This document shows, piece by piece, positions 55,332 through 64,000 of a stretch of DNA of 64,000 bases. This stretch comes from an uncultured delta proteobacterium. Its GTDB lineage: Bacteria; Myxococcota; UBA727; VGSZ01. A model generated the notes under the pieces. It was not told the origin of the DNA and made no database searches. It was given only the letters and a program-made list of their open reading frames with translations. The position numbers and the translations under genes were made by a program. The stretch's first letter is position 1, and every line of letters starts with the position of its first letter. The DNA is taken from contig CAVZJB010000011.1 of the NCBI GenBank assembly GCA_963775425.1, positions 544,001 through 608,000 of the forward strand, in the 5' to 3' direction.

Positions 55332-56786
55332 ATGAAATTCGGGCGCTACGAGCTGCTCGAGCGGCTGGGCGAAGGCGGCATGGGTGTCGTCAGCCTCGCG
55401 TGCGAGCGCGCCGCGCCCGGCGGCGACCGCTTCGTCGCGCTCAAGATCGTGCACCCCGATCGCTCGTCCAACCCGCGCTTCATCGATCTGCTCGAGCACG
55501 AGGCGTCCATCATCGCGCGGCTCTCGCACCCGAACGTCGTGCGCATCCACCGGCTCGGCGAGATCGACGGCCGCTACTTCATCGCGATGGAGATGGTGAA
55601 CGGCGCCACGCTGCGGGAGCTGCTCGAGGCGGCGGGCGGCCGGCCGTTGCCGGTGGGCGCGTGCGTCGCGGCGGTGGTGCAGGTGTGTTACGGGGCGCAC
55701 GCGGCGCACGAGCTCCGCGACGACAACGGCAAGCCTCTTCACCTCGTGCATCGGGACATCACGCCGCACAACGTGATGGTCGACGAAAACGGCGCAGTGA
55801 AGCTGCTCGACTTCGGCGTCGCCGCCGACGACTCGTTCGACGACCCCACCGGCGTCGTGATGGGAAAGCCTGCGTATCTCTCGCCGGAGCAGGCCAACGG
55901 CTCCGCCGTCGACAGACGCAGCGACGTCTTCGCCATCGGCGCCTTGCTGTGGGAGCTGTTCGCGGGGCGCCGCCGCATCCTCTCCGATCGCCCGCGCGCC
56001 GCCATCGCCGCCATCGCCGGCGGCGCTTCGCCGGACATCCTCGACGTGCGAGAGGACCTCGCGCCCATCTTCGTCGACGCCCTCAAGCGGGCGCTCGCGT
56101 TCCACGCCGACGACCGCTTCGAGTCGGCGTGGGAGCTGGCCAAGGCGCTCGAGCACGGGGCGCGGTTGACGTCGACGGACATCACGGCGTCGGTGCTGGC
56201 GGAGACCATGCGCACGTTCGCCGGAGCGCGGCTCGCGGCGCGGGCGCAGCGGACGCTGCGCGCCATCGAGCGCACGCTGATGACGCCACCGTCGTCGGGT
56301 GCGGGCGGTGGTGACGACGAGACCGTGCTCGATCCCGCGCCGCCGCCGCCGCGGCCGCGGCCGGGGGCGGCGGTGGTGCCGCTCGACTTCAACCTCCCGG
56401 CCGTGGCGCGGGGCGACAACTACGAGCTGTCGGCGGACCCGCACATCGCGGTGTGCCGCGTGTGGGCGCGGCCCGACAAGAGCCGCGACGACGGCGCCCG
56501 CAGCGCGCAAGAGCTGGTGGAGCGCGTGGAGGCGCTGTTGAAGACCGAGTCGCGCCGCGGCTTCGTGCTCGACGTGCGCGAGGCGCGCATGGTCCTCGGG
56601 GCCAAGACCTTCGACGTCCTCGAGCGCATGTTCGCCGCGGCCGAGCAGCGCGGGGTGCGCATCGCCGCGCTCGTGTCGGCGGACCCGCTGCAGCGGCTCG
56701 ACTACAGCGAGCTGGTGGCCCGGTCGGCGCCGCGCTGCGGCCGCGTCGTCGCAGACGTCGACGAGGCCCGCCGCTTCGTGCGCTGA
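55332..56786 (+). CDS. Hanks-type Ser/Thr protein kinase with C-terminal STAS/SEC14-like domain
   Basis: GEGGMG, VALK, HRDITPHN, DFG, YLSPEQ, SDVF; tail FVLDVREA. Confidence 0.9.
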   Translation: MKFGRYELLERLGEGGMGVVSLACERAAPGGDRFVALKIVHPDRSSNPRFIDLLEHEASIIARLSHPNVVRIHRLGEIDGRYFIAMEMVNGATLRELLEAAGGRPLPVGACVAAVVQVCYGAHAAHELRDDNGKPLHLVHRDITPHNVMVDENGAVKLLDFGVAADDSFDDPTGVVMGKPAYLSPEQANGSAVDRRSDVFAIGALLWELFAGRRRILSDRPRAAIAAIAGGASPDILDVREDLAPIFVDALKRALAFHADDRFESAWELAKALEHGARLTSTDITASVLAETMRTFAGARLAARAQRTLRAIERTLMTPPSSGAGGGDDETVLDPAPPPPRPRPGAAVVPLDFNLPAVARGDNYELSADPHIAVCRVWARPDKSRDDGARSAQELVERVEALLKTESRRGFVLDVREARMVLGAKTFDVLERMFAAAEQRGVRIAALVSADPLQRLDYSELVARSAPRCGRVVADVDEARRFVR

Positions 56787-56920
56787 CGGCGCGTGATCAC
56801 GGTCACGGGGTCCTCCCGATGACGTCCTCCGGTTGACGGATAGCGCAGGTCGAGGTGCGCGAGTTGCGCAAGCCCGTGCGCGACCGCCGCCGACGCCGCG
56901 GCCGGACGCGCCGCTTTCGC

Positions 56921-56936
56921 CGGCACGCGCGCTGCA
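56921..56936 (+). promoter_or_regulatory. Putative sigma-54 promoter
   Basis: CGGCACGCGCGCTGCA (GG-N10-GC), ending 12 nt before ATG 56949. Confidence 0.45.
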
Positions 56937-56948
56937 GATGGGCCGGCC

Positions 56949-57386
56949 ATGGCACACGACGGCAGCTTCTCCGCCCCCATCGCCCTGGTCATCGACGACG
57001 ACCCGAGGTCGCAGCGGCGCACCCTGCGCACCCTCCACGAGCTCGGGCTCGCGCCGTTCGCCTTCGGCTCCGCGGAGGACGCGCTCGCGTGGATGGACGC
57101 GCACGGCGCGCCGGCGCTGGTGGTCACCGACGTCACGCTGCCGCGGATGTCCGGCTTCGCGCTGTGCGACGCGATGCGCTCGGCCGCGTCTACGCGCGCG
57201 GTGCCCGTGGCGGTCGTCTCCGGCCGCCGCGGCATGGAGCTCGAGGACCACGCCCGCGCGCTCGAGCTCGACGTCGAGCTGCTCGCGTCGGCCAAGGAGG
57301 TCGAGCGCTTCGCCCGCGACGCCCTCGACATCGCGCCCGCCGAGGCGCCCGCGCCGCTGTGGGCGCGCGTCTTCGCGTTCGCTTGA
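56949..57386 (+). CDS. Single-domain response regulator (receiver)
   Basis: LVIDDD, VTDVTLPRMSG, VVSG; canonical KP motif not evident. Confidence 0.82.
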   Translation: MAHDGSFSAPIALVIDDDPRSQRRTLRTLHELGLAPFAFGSAEDALAWMDAHGAPALVVTDVTLPRMSGFALCDAMRSAASTRAVPVAVVSGRRGMELEDHARALELDVELLASAKEVERFARDALDIAPAEAPAPLWARVFAFA

Positions 57387-57395
57387 TGCCCGGCG

Positions 57396-58226
57396 TCAGG
57401 CCGGCGCGGTGTTGGCGACGCCGCGGTGCAGGACCGCGGGCGGCAGGATGTTCTGCGTGCGGAAGGCCTCGAGGACGCGGAAGTGCACGTCGGTCTCGAA
57501 GGGCTTTTCGTACTTGCAGTCGAACACGTACGGGCGCGCCTTGAGCTCGACGGCGACGTAGTCCTGCAGGATGAGCTGCTTGGCGAGGACGGGGACGTCG
57601 CGCGCGAGGAAGACGTAGGGGCTCGTCAGGCACGCCTCGCGCACGATGTCGGCGGCGCGCTGCAGGTCCTGATCGACGCCGACGTAGAAGATCATCGGCA
57701 CCTGCATCTCCAACGCACCGTAATTGCCGCACGCGGTGACGTCGGTGAGCACCTTGTTGTTGGGGATGGTGACGATGTTGTGGTCGAGCGTGTTCATGCG
57801 AACGCTGCGCAGGCCGATCTTGATGATGTCGCCGTACTGCCCGGCGTACTCCACGCGGTCGCCGACCTGGAAGGGGCGGTCGAACATGATGGTGATACCG
57901 GCGATGAACGCGGCGACAAGGTCGCGCATGGCGAAGCCGACGGCGAACGCGAGCGCGCCGCCGATGACGGTGATCGCCGTCTTGTCCAGGCGGATGGACA
58001 GCGAGATGGTGAGCACGATGGCCACCACGTAGATCGCGAAGCGCAACACGCTGACGACCAGCAGGATGGTCGGCCGGCGATCGGTGAAGCGCGCGCTCAG
58101 CCGGTCGCTCGCGTTCTCGATGAGGCGAATGGCGACGATGGACGCGACGATGACGGGGACCGAGACCAACACCCCGCCCCAGCGGATGAGCTCGGCGATG
58201 GCTCCGATGTCGGGCGTCTCGTTCAT
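57396..58226 (-). CDS. Small-conductance mechanosensitive channel family protein
   Basis: 3 TM segments; AVGFAMRD, DRPFQVGD, IGLRS, TIPN. Confidence 0.92.
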   Translation of the reverse strand: MNETPDIGAIAELIRWGGVLVSVPVIVASIVAIRLIENASDRLSARFTDRRPTILLVVSVLRFAIYVVAIVLTISLSIRLDKTAITVIGGALAFAVGFAMRDLVAAFIAGITIMFDRPFQVGDRVEYAGQYGDIIKIGLRSVRMNTLDHNIVTIPNNKVLTDVTACGNYGALEMQVPMIFYVGVDQDLQRAADIVREACLTSPYVFLARDVPVLAKQLILQDYVAVELKARPYVFDCKYEKPFETDVHFRVLEAFRTQNILPPAVLHRGVANTAPA

Positions 58227-61200
58227 GAAACCACCAGGAGGTGCTTGCGCTGCAAGAGGCGCGTGATGGGACGAAGCCAGGTCCACGTGATGGTGAAGCG
58301 GCCGTCGTCCTCGGTCACGTAACCGCGGGCGAGCGCGTAGCGGAGCGCGTCGGCGACGGCGGACCCGTGCAGGAGCGTGGCGCGGCGGATATCGGGCGCC
58401 GCCACCGGCGCCATCTGCAGGATGGCGCGCAGGACGAACACGGCGGCGTCGGGGAGCCGCTCGAGGTCCGCGGAGTCGAGCGACGGAAACAGGCGAACGA
58501 GCACGCGTCCGTCGGCGTCGACGCCGAGCGCCCGGCGCCACACGTCGAGGGCGACGGCGGGGTTTCCACCGGCGTAGTCCCAGACGAGGCGGGAGTAGCC
58601 GGTGGCGCGGTCGGCGAGCGCTTCCTCGCGGTCGACGGCGTCGGCGCTCTTGGGCAGACCTTCGAGGAGCCGCTCGTAGCTCGGCTCGATGCCGGCCTGC
58701 AGGCAGCGCGAGCGCAGCAGCTCCGCCACGTCCGGCTCGCGCCAACGCGGCACGCGAATGACGTCGTCGAACAGCGGGTGGAGGCCGCGCGAGCGCTCGA
58801 GGAACTGCCAGATGGCGTTGTCGAACGCGAGCAGCCAGGCGCAGCGGCTGCTGTTGGCGCGCGCCACGCCGATGAGGGTGTCGAACGAGCGCAGCCCGCC
58901 CATGAGCGGCAACACGAAGCGCTGCGCGTCGTCGATGAGCACGGCGGGCGGACCGTCCTCGTCGTCGAGGCGCGTGGCGACGTCGGCGAGCGAAGCGGTG
59001 TCGGGCAGATCGAGCGCGGCGCGGGCGGTGGGCAGGAGCGCGTCGAGGTCCGGCGACGCCGCGTCGAGGCGGAGGCAGCCTTGGACGTCGGCGGCGAGCC
59101 GCGCGAGCGTCGCCGACTTGCCCATCCCGCGTTCGGCGACCACCGCCACCACGCGGCCCTTGCGCGCGCGCATCCGCGCCGCGATCTCGTCGAGCCTGGG
59201 GTCGAGCTCCGTGGTGATGCGCACCGCCGACGTCGTCTGCGGGCTCATGGCGAGGTCGCTCGGCGGCGTCAGAGGCGAAAGCGGCGACAGCGCGGACGCG
59301 TGCTCCGGCTCGAGCCGCTGCAGCTCGCGGCGGAACAACCACGCGAGCGCGCGCCGCGTGACGTCGAAGCCGCCGGCGCGGATGCGCAGGACACGGTACG
59401 CGCCGCGCCCGAAGAGGAACACCGCGCCGCCCATGGCGGCGATGAAGCTCTTCCACCCGACCTTGTTGTCGAGCACCCAGCGCTCGAACGTCGACGACCT
59501 CCGATGCGCCTCCATGCGCGTGAACACCGCGGCGCGCCACCAGCGCACGAGGATGAGGAACACGGGGACTGCCGCGAACCAGCACGTGGAGAACACCCAC
59601 CCGTAGATGGTTCCGCGGCCGACGACGCGCGCGCTGATGGAGAGCGTGAGCCCGAAGACGATGATCACCCGCCCGACGAGACGCAACGAGCGCAGGCGCA
59701 GCTCCTTGTCGGCGCTGTGGCGGCGCCCGGTGTCCGCGATGGCGTTCACCGTGTTCACCGCCAGCGCTCCCGCCAGGATCCAGGCGAGCGCCACCGTGAT
59801 GAGCTGCACCTCGAGGAGATCGGCCGCGCCGTCGGGGAGCAGCCAGCCGAGCACCGCGAACAGCACCAGCCACTCGAGCGAGCGGCGGATGCTCTTCAAG
59901 AACAAGACGGCGCGAAACAGCGGGCTCGGTTGCGCGAGGTGTTGCGCGCGGTCGTTCTGGCGCGCGCGCTTGAGCGCGCCCTCGAGGAACGCCGGCGCCC
60001 GGCGCCGCCACCACACGAACAGCGCGATGGCCACGCCCCAACGGAACGCGAGGAACGCGAGGCGCGCGGCGACGCCGAGCCCCTCCGTACCTCCCGCGGG
60101 CGCTCCCTCCGTGGCGGGCTTGCGCATGACGGAGAGCCAACGGGTGGTGGCGTGGCGGTGGTAGCGCAGCACGAGCAGCAGGTGGCGCAGCTCCATCGCC
60201 GCTTGCGGCAATCCGTCGGCGGAGATCCCGGTGACCGCGTCGCGCTTGTGCGAGGTCAAAAGCGGCAAGAGGCCGAGCCGCAACTGGTTGAGCACGTCGA
60301 CCTCGTCGAAGAGCTGCGCGGCGTTCCCCTCGCGGACGCGGCTCTCCTGCGCGGTCAGCCGCCGGGCCTCCTCTTCGACGCGGTGGCGCGCCTCGCGGAC
60401 GGCGGTGACGTCGACGTCGGCGCCGAGGCGCCCGAGGGGGTCCGGCCCCGGCGACGGAACGGCGCTCTTGCCGGCGGAGAGGTCGTCGAGGGCCGAGGAG
60501 AGCTGATCGTGGGCGAGGCGGAGCGCGCGTACGATGTCGTCGTAGAGCGCGTCGACGTCGTCAGGCGCGGCTTTGTCTGCGTGCGCTTCGCGCGCCTTTC
60601 GTTGCCAGCCGAGGGTGGCCTCGCGGCGCGCGTCAATGTCGGTGCGCTGCGCGAGCGCGCCGGCGAAGTCGGCCTGGGCCTGTTCCACGGAGAGCAGGCG
60701 CGCGAGCTCCTCGGAGACGAGGCGCTCGGCCTCGGAGCGCGCATCCTTGGCCGCCTGCAACGCCTGCTCGCGCTCCTCCTCCGCCTCCTTCGCGCGCTGC
60801 TCGACCTCCTCGCGCGTGGCGGCAGCGGTGGCGGCGGCGGTGGCGGCCTGGCTGAGGGCGGCGACGCGCCTTTGGTGGTCCTCCAGCAGCGCCTTTCTCT
60901 TCGCCGCCGGCAGCGACAGGAACGCGAGCCGCGCCTCGTCGAAGGCCCGGCGCGCGCCCCACAGCGCCGTGCGCGCGTCGATGCCGGCGTCGGCGCGCTT
61001 CGCGTTCGCCTTGGGCGGCGCGATGGCCGCCAGCGCCTTGAGCCGGACGACCTCGAGCGAGACGGCGGCCTCGTCGTCGAGGTCCACGTCGAACAAGCTC
61101 CTGGGGCTCACCGCCGGCGGGAGCTTGCCCGCCGCGAGCGCGTCGACCTGCGCGGCGCGGTCGAGGAGCGCCTGCACGCCCGGCGCCACCGTCGCCGGGG

Positions 61201-61435
61201 CGTCGTCGCCGGCGGGTCCGGCGTCCGGTGCGCCCGCGTTGGGGGCGGTTGCCTTGGGTGCGGTTGCCTTGGGTGCGGCGGCCTTCTGTGCCGCGCCCGC
61301 GTGCCGGGGTCCCTTGGCGGCGGCGGTGGCGCACCACAACAGCCCGCACGCGCCGAGGGCGGCCGCGCAAAGCGCCCAGGATGGCGGGCGCGTCCTCGAG
61401 GGGCGGCGTCGACGGAGCACGAGAGCGTGTACCAT
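58223..61435 (-). CDS. Large membrane protein: coiled coil, ~6 TM, P-loop AAA+-like domain with winged-helix-like tail
   Basis: Leader peptide; AERGMGKS Walker A, VLIDD Walker B, GGNP; ATGA overlap with MscS gene; start uncertain (61420-61462). Confidence 0.75.
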   Translation of the reverse strand: MVHALVLRRRRPSRTRPPSWALCAAALGACGLLWCATAAAKGPRHAGAAQKAAAPKATAPKATAPNAGAPDAGPAGDDAPATVAPGVQALLDRAAQVDALAAGKLPPAVSPRSLFDVDLDDEAAVSLEVVRLKALAAIAPPKANAKRADAGIDARTALWGARRAFDEARLAFLSLPAAKRKALLEDHQRRVAALSQAATAAATAAATREEVEQRAKEAEEEREQALQAAKDARSEAERLVSEELARLLSVEQAQADFAGALAQRTDIDARREATLGWQRKAREAHADKAAPDDVDALYDDIVRALRLAHDQLSSALDDLSAGKSAVPSPGPDPLGRLGADVDVTAVREARHRVEEEARRLTAQESRVREGNAAQLFDEVDVLNQLRLGLLPLLTSHKRDAVTGISADGLPQAAMELRHLLLVLRYHRHATTRWLSVMRKPATEGAPAGGTEGLGVAARLAFLAFRWGVAIALFVWWRRRAPAFLEGALKRARQNDRAQHLAQPSPLFRAVLFLKSIRRSLEWLVLFAVLGWLLPDGAADLLEVQLITVALAWILAGALAVNTVNAIADTGRRHSADKELRLRSLRLVGRVIIVFGLTLSISARVVGRGTIYGWVFSTCWFAAVPVFLILVRWWRAAVFTRMEAHRRSSTFERWVLDNKVGWKSFIAAMGGAVFLFGRGAYRVLRIRAGGFDVTRRALAWLFRRELQRLEPEHASALSPLSPLTPPSDLAMSPQTTSAVRITTELDPRLDEIAARMRARKGRVVAVVAERGMGKSATLARLAADVQGCLRLDAASPDLDALLPTARAALDLPDTASLADVATRLDDEDGPPAVLIDDAQRFVLPLMGGLRSFDTLIGVARANSSRCAWLLAFDNAIWQFLERSRGLHPLFDDVIRVPRWREPDVAELLRSRCLQAGIEPSYERLLEGLPKSADAVDREEALADRATGYSRLVWDYAGGNPAVALDVWRRALGVDADGRVLVRLFPSLDSADLERLPDAAVFVLRAILQMAPVAAPDIRRATLLHGSAVADALRYALARGYVTEDDGRFTITWTWLRPITRLLQRKHLLVVS

Positions 61436-61498
61436 ACGTGCGCGCCGCAACGTCACGCCCACCGGCTCAGGCGCGTCGGCCCCCGCTCAGCGCACAGC

Positions 61499-62749
61499 TC
61501 AGAACGAGGCGCAGCCGCCGGGCCAGGCCGGTGCGATCGCGGCGCTCTCGAGGGCGTCCGCCTGGGCACGGATGTCGTCGCAGGTGGCGTCGTCGGCGAT
61601 GCGGCTCATCCGGAACGTCGAGGGGCGGCTCCTCGAGCTCGGGACGAGGAACGCCGCCGGCGAAAGGAGCGACGACTCGCCGTCGACCTGGAAGCTGCCC
61701 GGCGCACCGCCGTCGATGGCGTCCGACGACTCGATGATCCCGCTGAACGCGCGGATGGTGCGGCGGAGCACGACGAGCTGCGGGCCGTAGCTCGTGTCGA
61801 GGGTGATGCCGGGTTGCTGGTCGCCGTCGGGGTCGTCGACGGCGGGATCCGACGGATCCGTCGGGAGCGACCCGAACGGGTTCGGCAGCAGGGCGCCGCC
61901 GATGAGGGGAACGCCGAGCCGATCCATGGTCGGCGCGAAGGTGGCGCCGACGCTGGCGTCGTCGAGATCGAAGCTCGCCGTGAGGTCGCCCATCTGCTCG
62001 ATGGCCCGGTCGGGCGCGGACGAGTCCGAAACGCCGAAGAGGAACACCTGCACGCTGGGCATCGTCACGTGGCAGGTGTGCAGCGTCATGTCGACGTGGT
62101 TGCCGGTCTGCGCGATGGAGACGCGGGCGAGCATCGGCGCGCGCGCGCACTGTCGGCTCGGATCGAGGGCGCCGTCGGTGAGCTCCGGGTTGTCGAACGC
62201 GACGAGGGCGAAGGTGCCGGTGAGATCCACCGGCGCGCCGGGGCTGGTGACGGGATCGACGCCGGGGTCGCCGCCGCCGTCGTCCGGGTTCGTGCCGGGA
62301 TCGTCGACGGGATCGACGACGGGATCGCCGCCGCCGTTGTCGCCGCCGTCGTCCGCGGGCGCGTCGACGACGACGCGGCAGCGGGCGGCGGCCACGTTGC
62401 CCTTGGCGTCGGTGATGCTGAGGCTCACGGTGGCGATGCCCGCGGGCGCCGTGAACTGGCCGCTGAGGTCCGGAACGCTGTCGCCGCCGGGCGCGAGCTT
62501 GAGCTCGGCCGTGGCGCCTGGCGCGTCATCGAAGGTGCTCGCCGAGCCGTCGACGTCGAAAGGCGCGTTCGCCGCGACGTGGTCGGGGCACGCGAGGACG
62601 GCGACGGGGAAGCTGCCGGCGGGCCCGCCGGACTGGATCTCGTTGGTGCAGGCGGGGACGAGCGCGAGCGCCGCGGCGAGGCCGGCGGGCGACAGGCGAG
62701 CGAGGAGGGAGAGGGGGGCGCGACGCATGGTGGTGATCCTCGAGCTCAT
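61499..62749 (-). CDS. Lipoprotein with PKD-like domain and unknown C-terminal domain
   Basis: Lipobox VPAC; FDVDGSAS..VSLSITD; DPDGDQQPG. Confidence 0.65.
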   Translation of the reverse strand: MSSRITTMRRAPLSLLARLSPAGLAAALALVPACTNEIQSGGPAGSFPVAVLACPDHVAANAPFDVDGSASTFDDAPGATAELKLAPGGDSVPDLSGQFTAPAGIATVSLSITDAKGNVAAARCRVVVDAPADDGGDNGGGDPVVDPVDDPGTNPDDGGGDPGVDPVTSPGAPVDLTGTFALVAFDNPELTDGALDPSRQCARAPMLARVSIAQTGNHVDMTLHTCHVTMPSVQVFLFGVSDSSAPDRAIEQMGDLTASFDLDDASVGATFAPTMDRLGVPLIGGALLPNPFGSLPTDPSDPAVDDPDGDQQPGITLDTSYGPQLVVLRRTIRAFSGIIESSDAIDGGAPGSFQVDGESSLLSPAAFLVPSSRSRPSTFRMSRIADDATCDDIRAQADALESAAIAPAWPGGCASF

Positions 62750-64000
62750 TGGCAGAAGCTTTGGACGTTCGGGGGCGGCAGTTGCTGCTGCAGCTCGGCC
62801 TCGTACGCGATGACGTCGCTGCAGGAGACCGACGACGGGTCACCGTCGCGGCTCGCGATGTTGGTGGCGCCGTTCAACCCGTCGACGCGGACGAGGGCGT
62901 ACGGCGAGGCGAGCGATGTCACCGTCGGCGAGAGCCCGCCGCCGTTGAAGATGTTGGTCTCGGTGTCGGCCTCCGTGTCGCCGCTCAGGAAGTCGGAGCT
63001 CTCGATGGTGCCGTTCATGCTGCGGACCACGGTGCGGTAGCAGGTGTACTGGTCGCCCTGGGACGAGTTGTGGACGGTGACGCCGGGGTGTCCGTCGTTG
63101 TCGTCGTCGCGCGTGCGCGGATCGTCGGCGCTGGTCGGCAGCGCGTCCGAAGGGTTGGCGAGCGCGGCGCCGACGATCAGCGGGGGGAACGCGGAGCCGG
63201 GGAGGTCGAAGGCGGCGCCCGCGCCGACGTCGTCGAGGTCGAAGTCGGCGTCGCCGCCGCTCCTTTGGTTTGCGGCGTCGATGAAGCCCTGGTCCACGGA
63301 CGAGTGGGAGGTAATCCCGAACACCGCGGTGACGTCGGGCATGCTCATCGCGCACAGCTCCTGGCTCATGGTGACGTGGTTGCCGGTCTGGGTGAGGTGG
63401 ACGAGCGAGTACGAGGGCGCCACCACGCACTGGGGATCAGGATCGAGGAAGATGAGGTCGCCGATGCGCACGGCGCCGTACGAGACCTGGGCGAAGGTGC
63501 CGGTGAGGTCGAACGCCGGGGCGTCGGCGGCGATGAAGTGAAGCACGGCGGTCGCGGAGACCGCGCCGCCCTCGCCGGCGACGGAGACGGTGACGTCGAC
63601 GGGGTCGGCCGGCGCGGGCACGGTGACCTCACCGTGGAACAGCCCGCCGCCCTGGTCGTCGAGGGTGACGGACGCGGGCAGCGCCACCGCCGGCGAGTCG
63701 GCGCTGAGGGTGACGTCGCCGTCCGTGAGGCGGCGGCCGTCGATGACGAGCGTGATGACGTCGGCGCCGCCGGCGACCACGCGATCCGGCGAGGCGCGCA
63801 CGTTGAGCACGGGCGCGCCGGTCTCGGGCACGGTGAAGGTGAGGTCGACGGACTGCGGGACGACGGCGTCGTTGTCGGTGACGCTCGCGGTCACCTTGGA
63901 GGTGAACGACGCCTGCGCCGACAGCTCGTCTTCGAAGGGCGCCCACACGGTCACCGCGGCCACGCCGTTGTCCGCGCCGACGTTGGTGGCGCCGAGGAGG
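62746..64000 (-). CDS. Partial (5' end outside the window) Ig-like repeat protein paralogous to the downstream gene
   Basis: Frame open to the window edge; shares DLTGTFA..QC..QTGNHV..C..MP..DxDxDGxPG with 61499-62749. Confidence 0.7.
   Translation of the reverse strand, partial: LLGATNVGADNGVAAVTVWAPFEDELSAQASFTSKVTASVTDNDAVVPQSVDLTFTVPETGAPVLNVRASPDRVVAGGADVITLVIDGRRLTDGDVTLSADSPAVALPASVTLDDQGGGLFHGEVTVPAPADPVDVTVSVAGEGGAVSATAVLHFIAADAPAFDLTGTFAQVSYGAVRIGDLIFLDPDPQCVVAPSYSLVHLTQTGNHVTMSQELCAMSMPDVTAVFGITSHSSVDQGFIDAANQRSGGDADFDLDDVGAGAAFDLPGSAFPPLIVGAALANPSDALPTSADDPRTRDDDNDGHPGVTVHNSSQGDQYTCYRTVVRSMNGTIESSDFLSGDTEADTETNIFNGGGLSPTVTSLASPYALVRVDGLNGATNIASRDGDPSSVSCSDVIAYEAELQQQLPPPNVQSFCQ

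Overview
Very GC-rich bacterial chromosomal window. MYXO-CTERM-like sorting signal, MopE-type Cys/Asp repeats, (GE)n-linker lipoproteins and a eukaryote-like kinase suggest a Myxococcota/deltaproteobacterial origin (inference). About 46 credible CDSs; most other six-frame ORFs are GC-rich shadows. Housekeeping: coaBC, pyrD, prs-rplY-pth, TamB, YbeD, AmmeMemoRadiSam pair, M13 and M28 peptidases, SDRs, GST, DJ-1, MscS. No rRNA, tRNA, CRISPR or transposase seen. Best candidates for novelty: (1) an alpha-2-macroglobulin-like thioester protein with an FHA domain in its bait region; (2) a divergent DUF692/MNIO plus an HvfC/BufC-like partner, split by an inverted gene and with no visible precursor; (3) a circularly permuted pyroglutamyl peptidase coupled to coaBC; (4) a ~1040-aa split CYTH-like protein with internal repeats coupled to a YjiK-like propeller; (5) four peptidoglycan-binding proteins lacking signal peptides; (6) a MopE-repeat/MYXO-CTERM protein read through in frame into a vWA lipoprotein; (7) recurrent leaderless promoter architecture, a tandem operator and a REPIN-like element. 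All family calls come from motif recognition by eye, not database searches.
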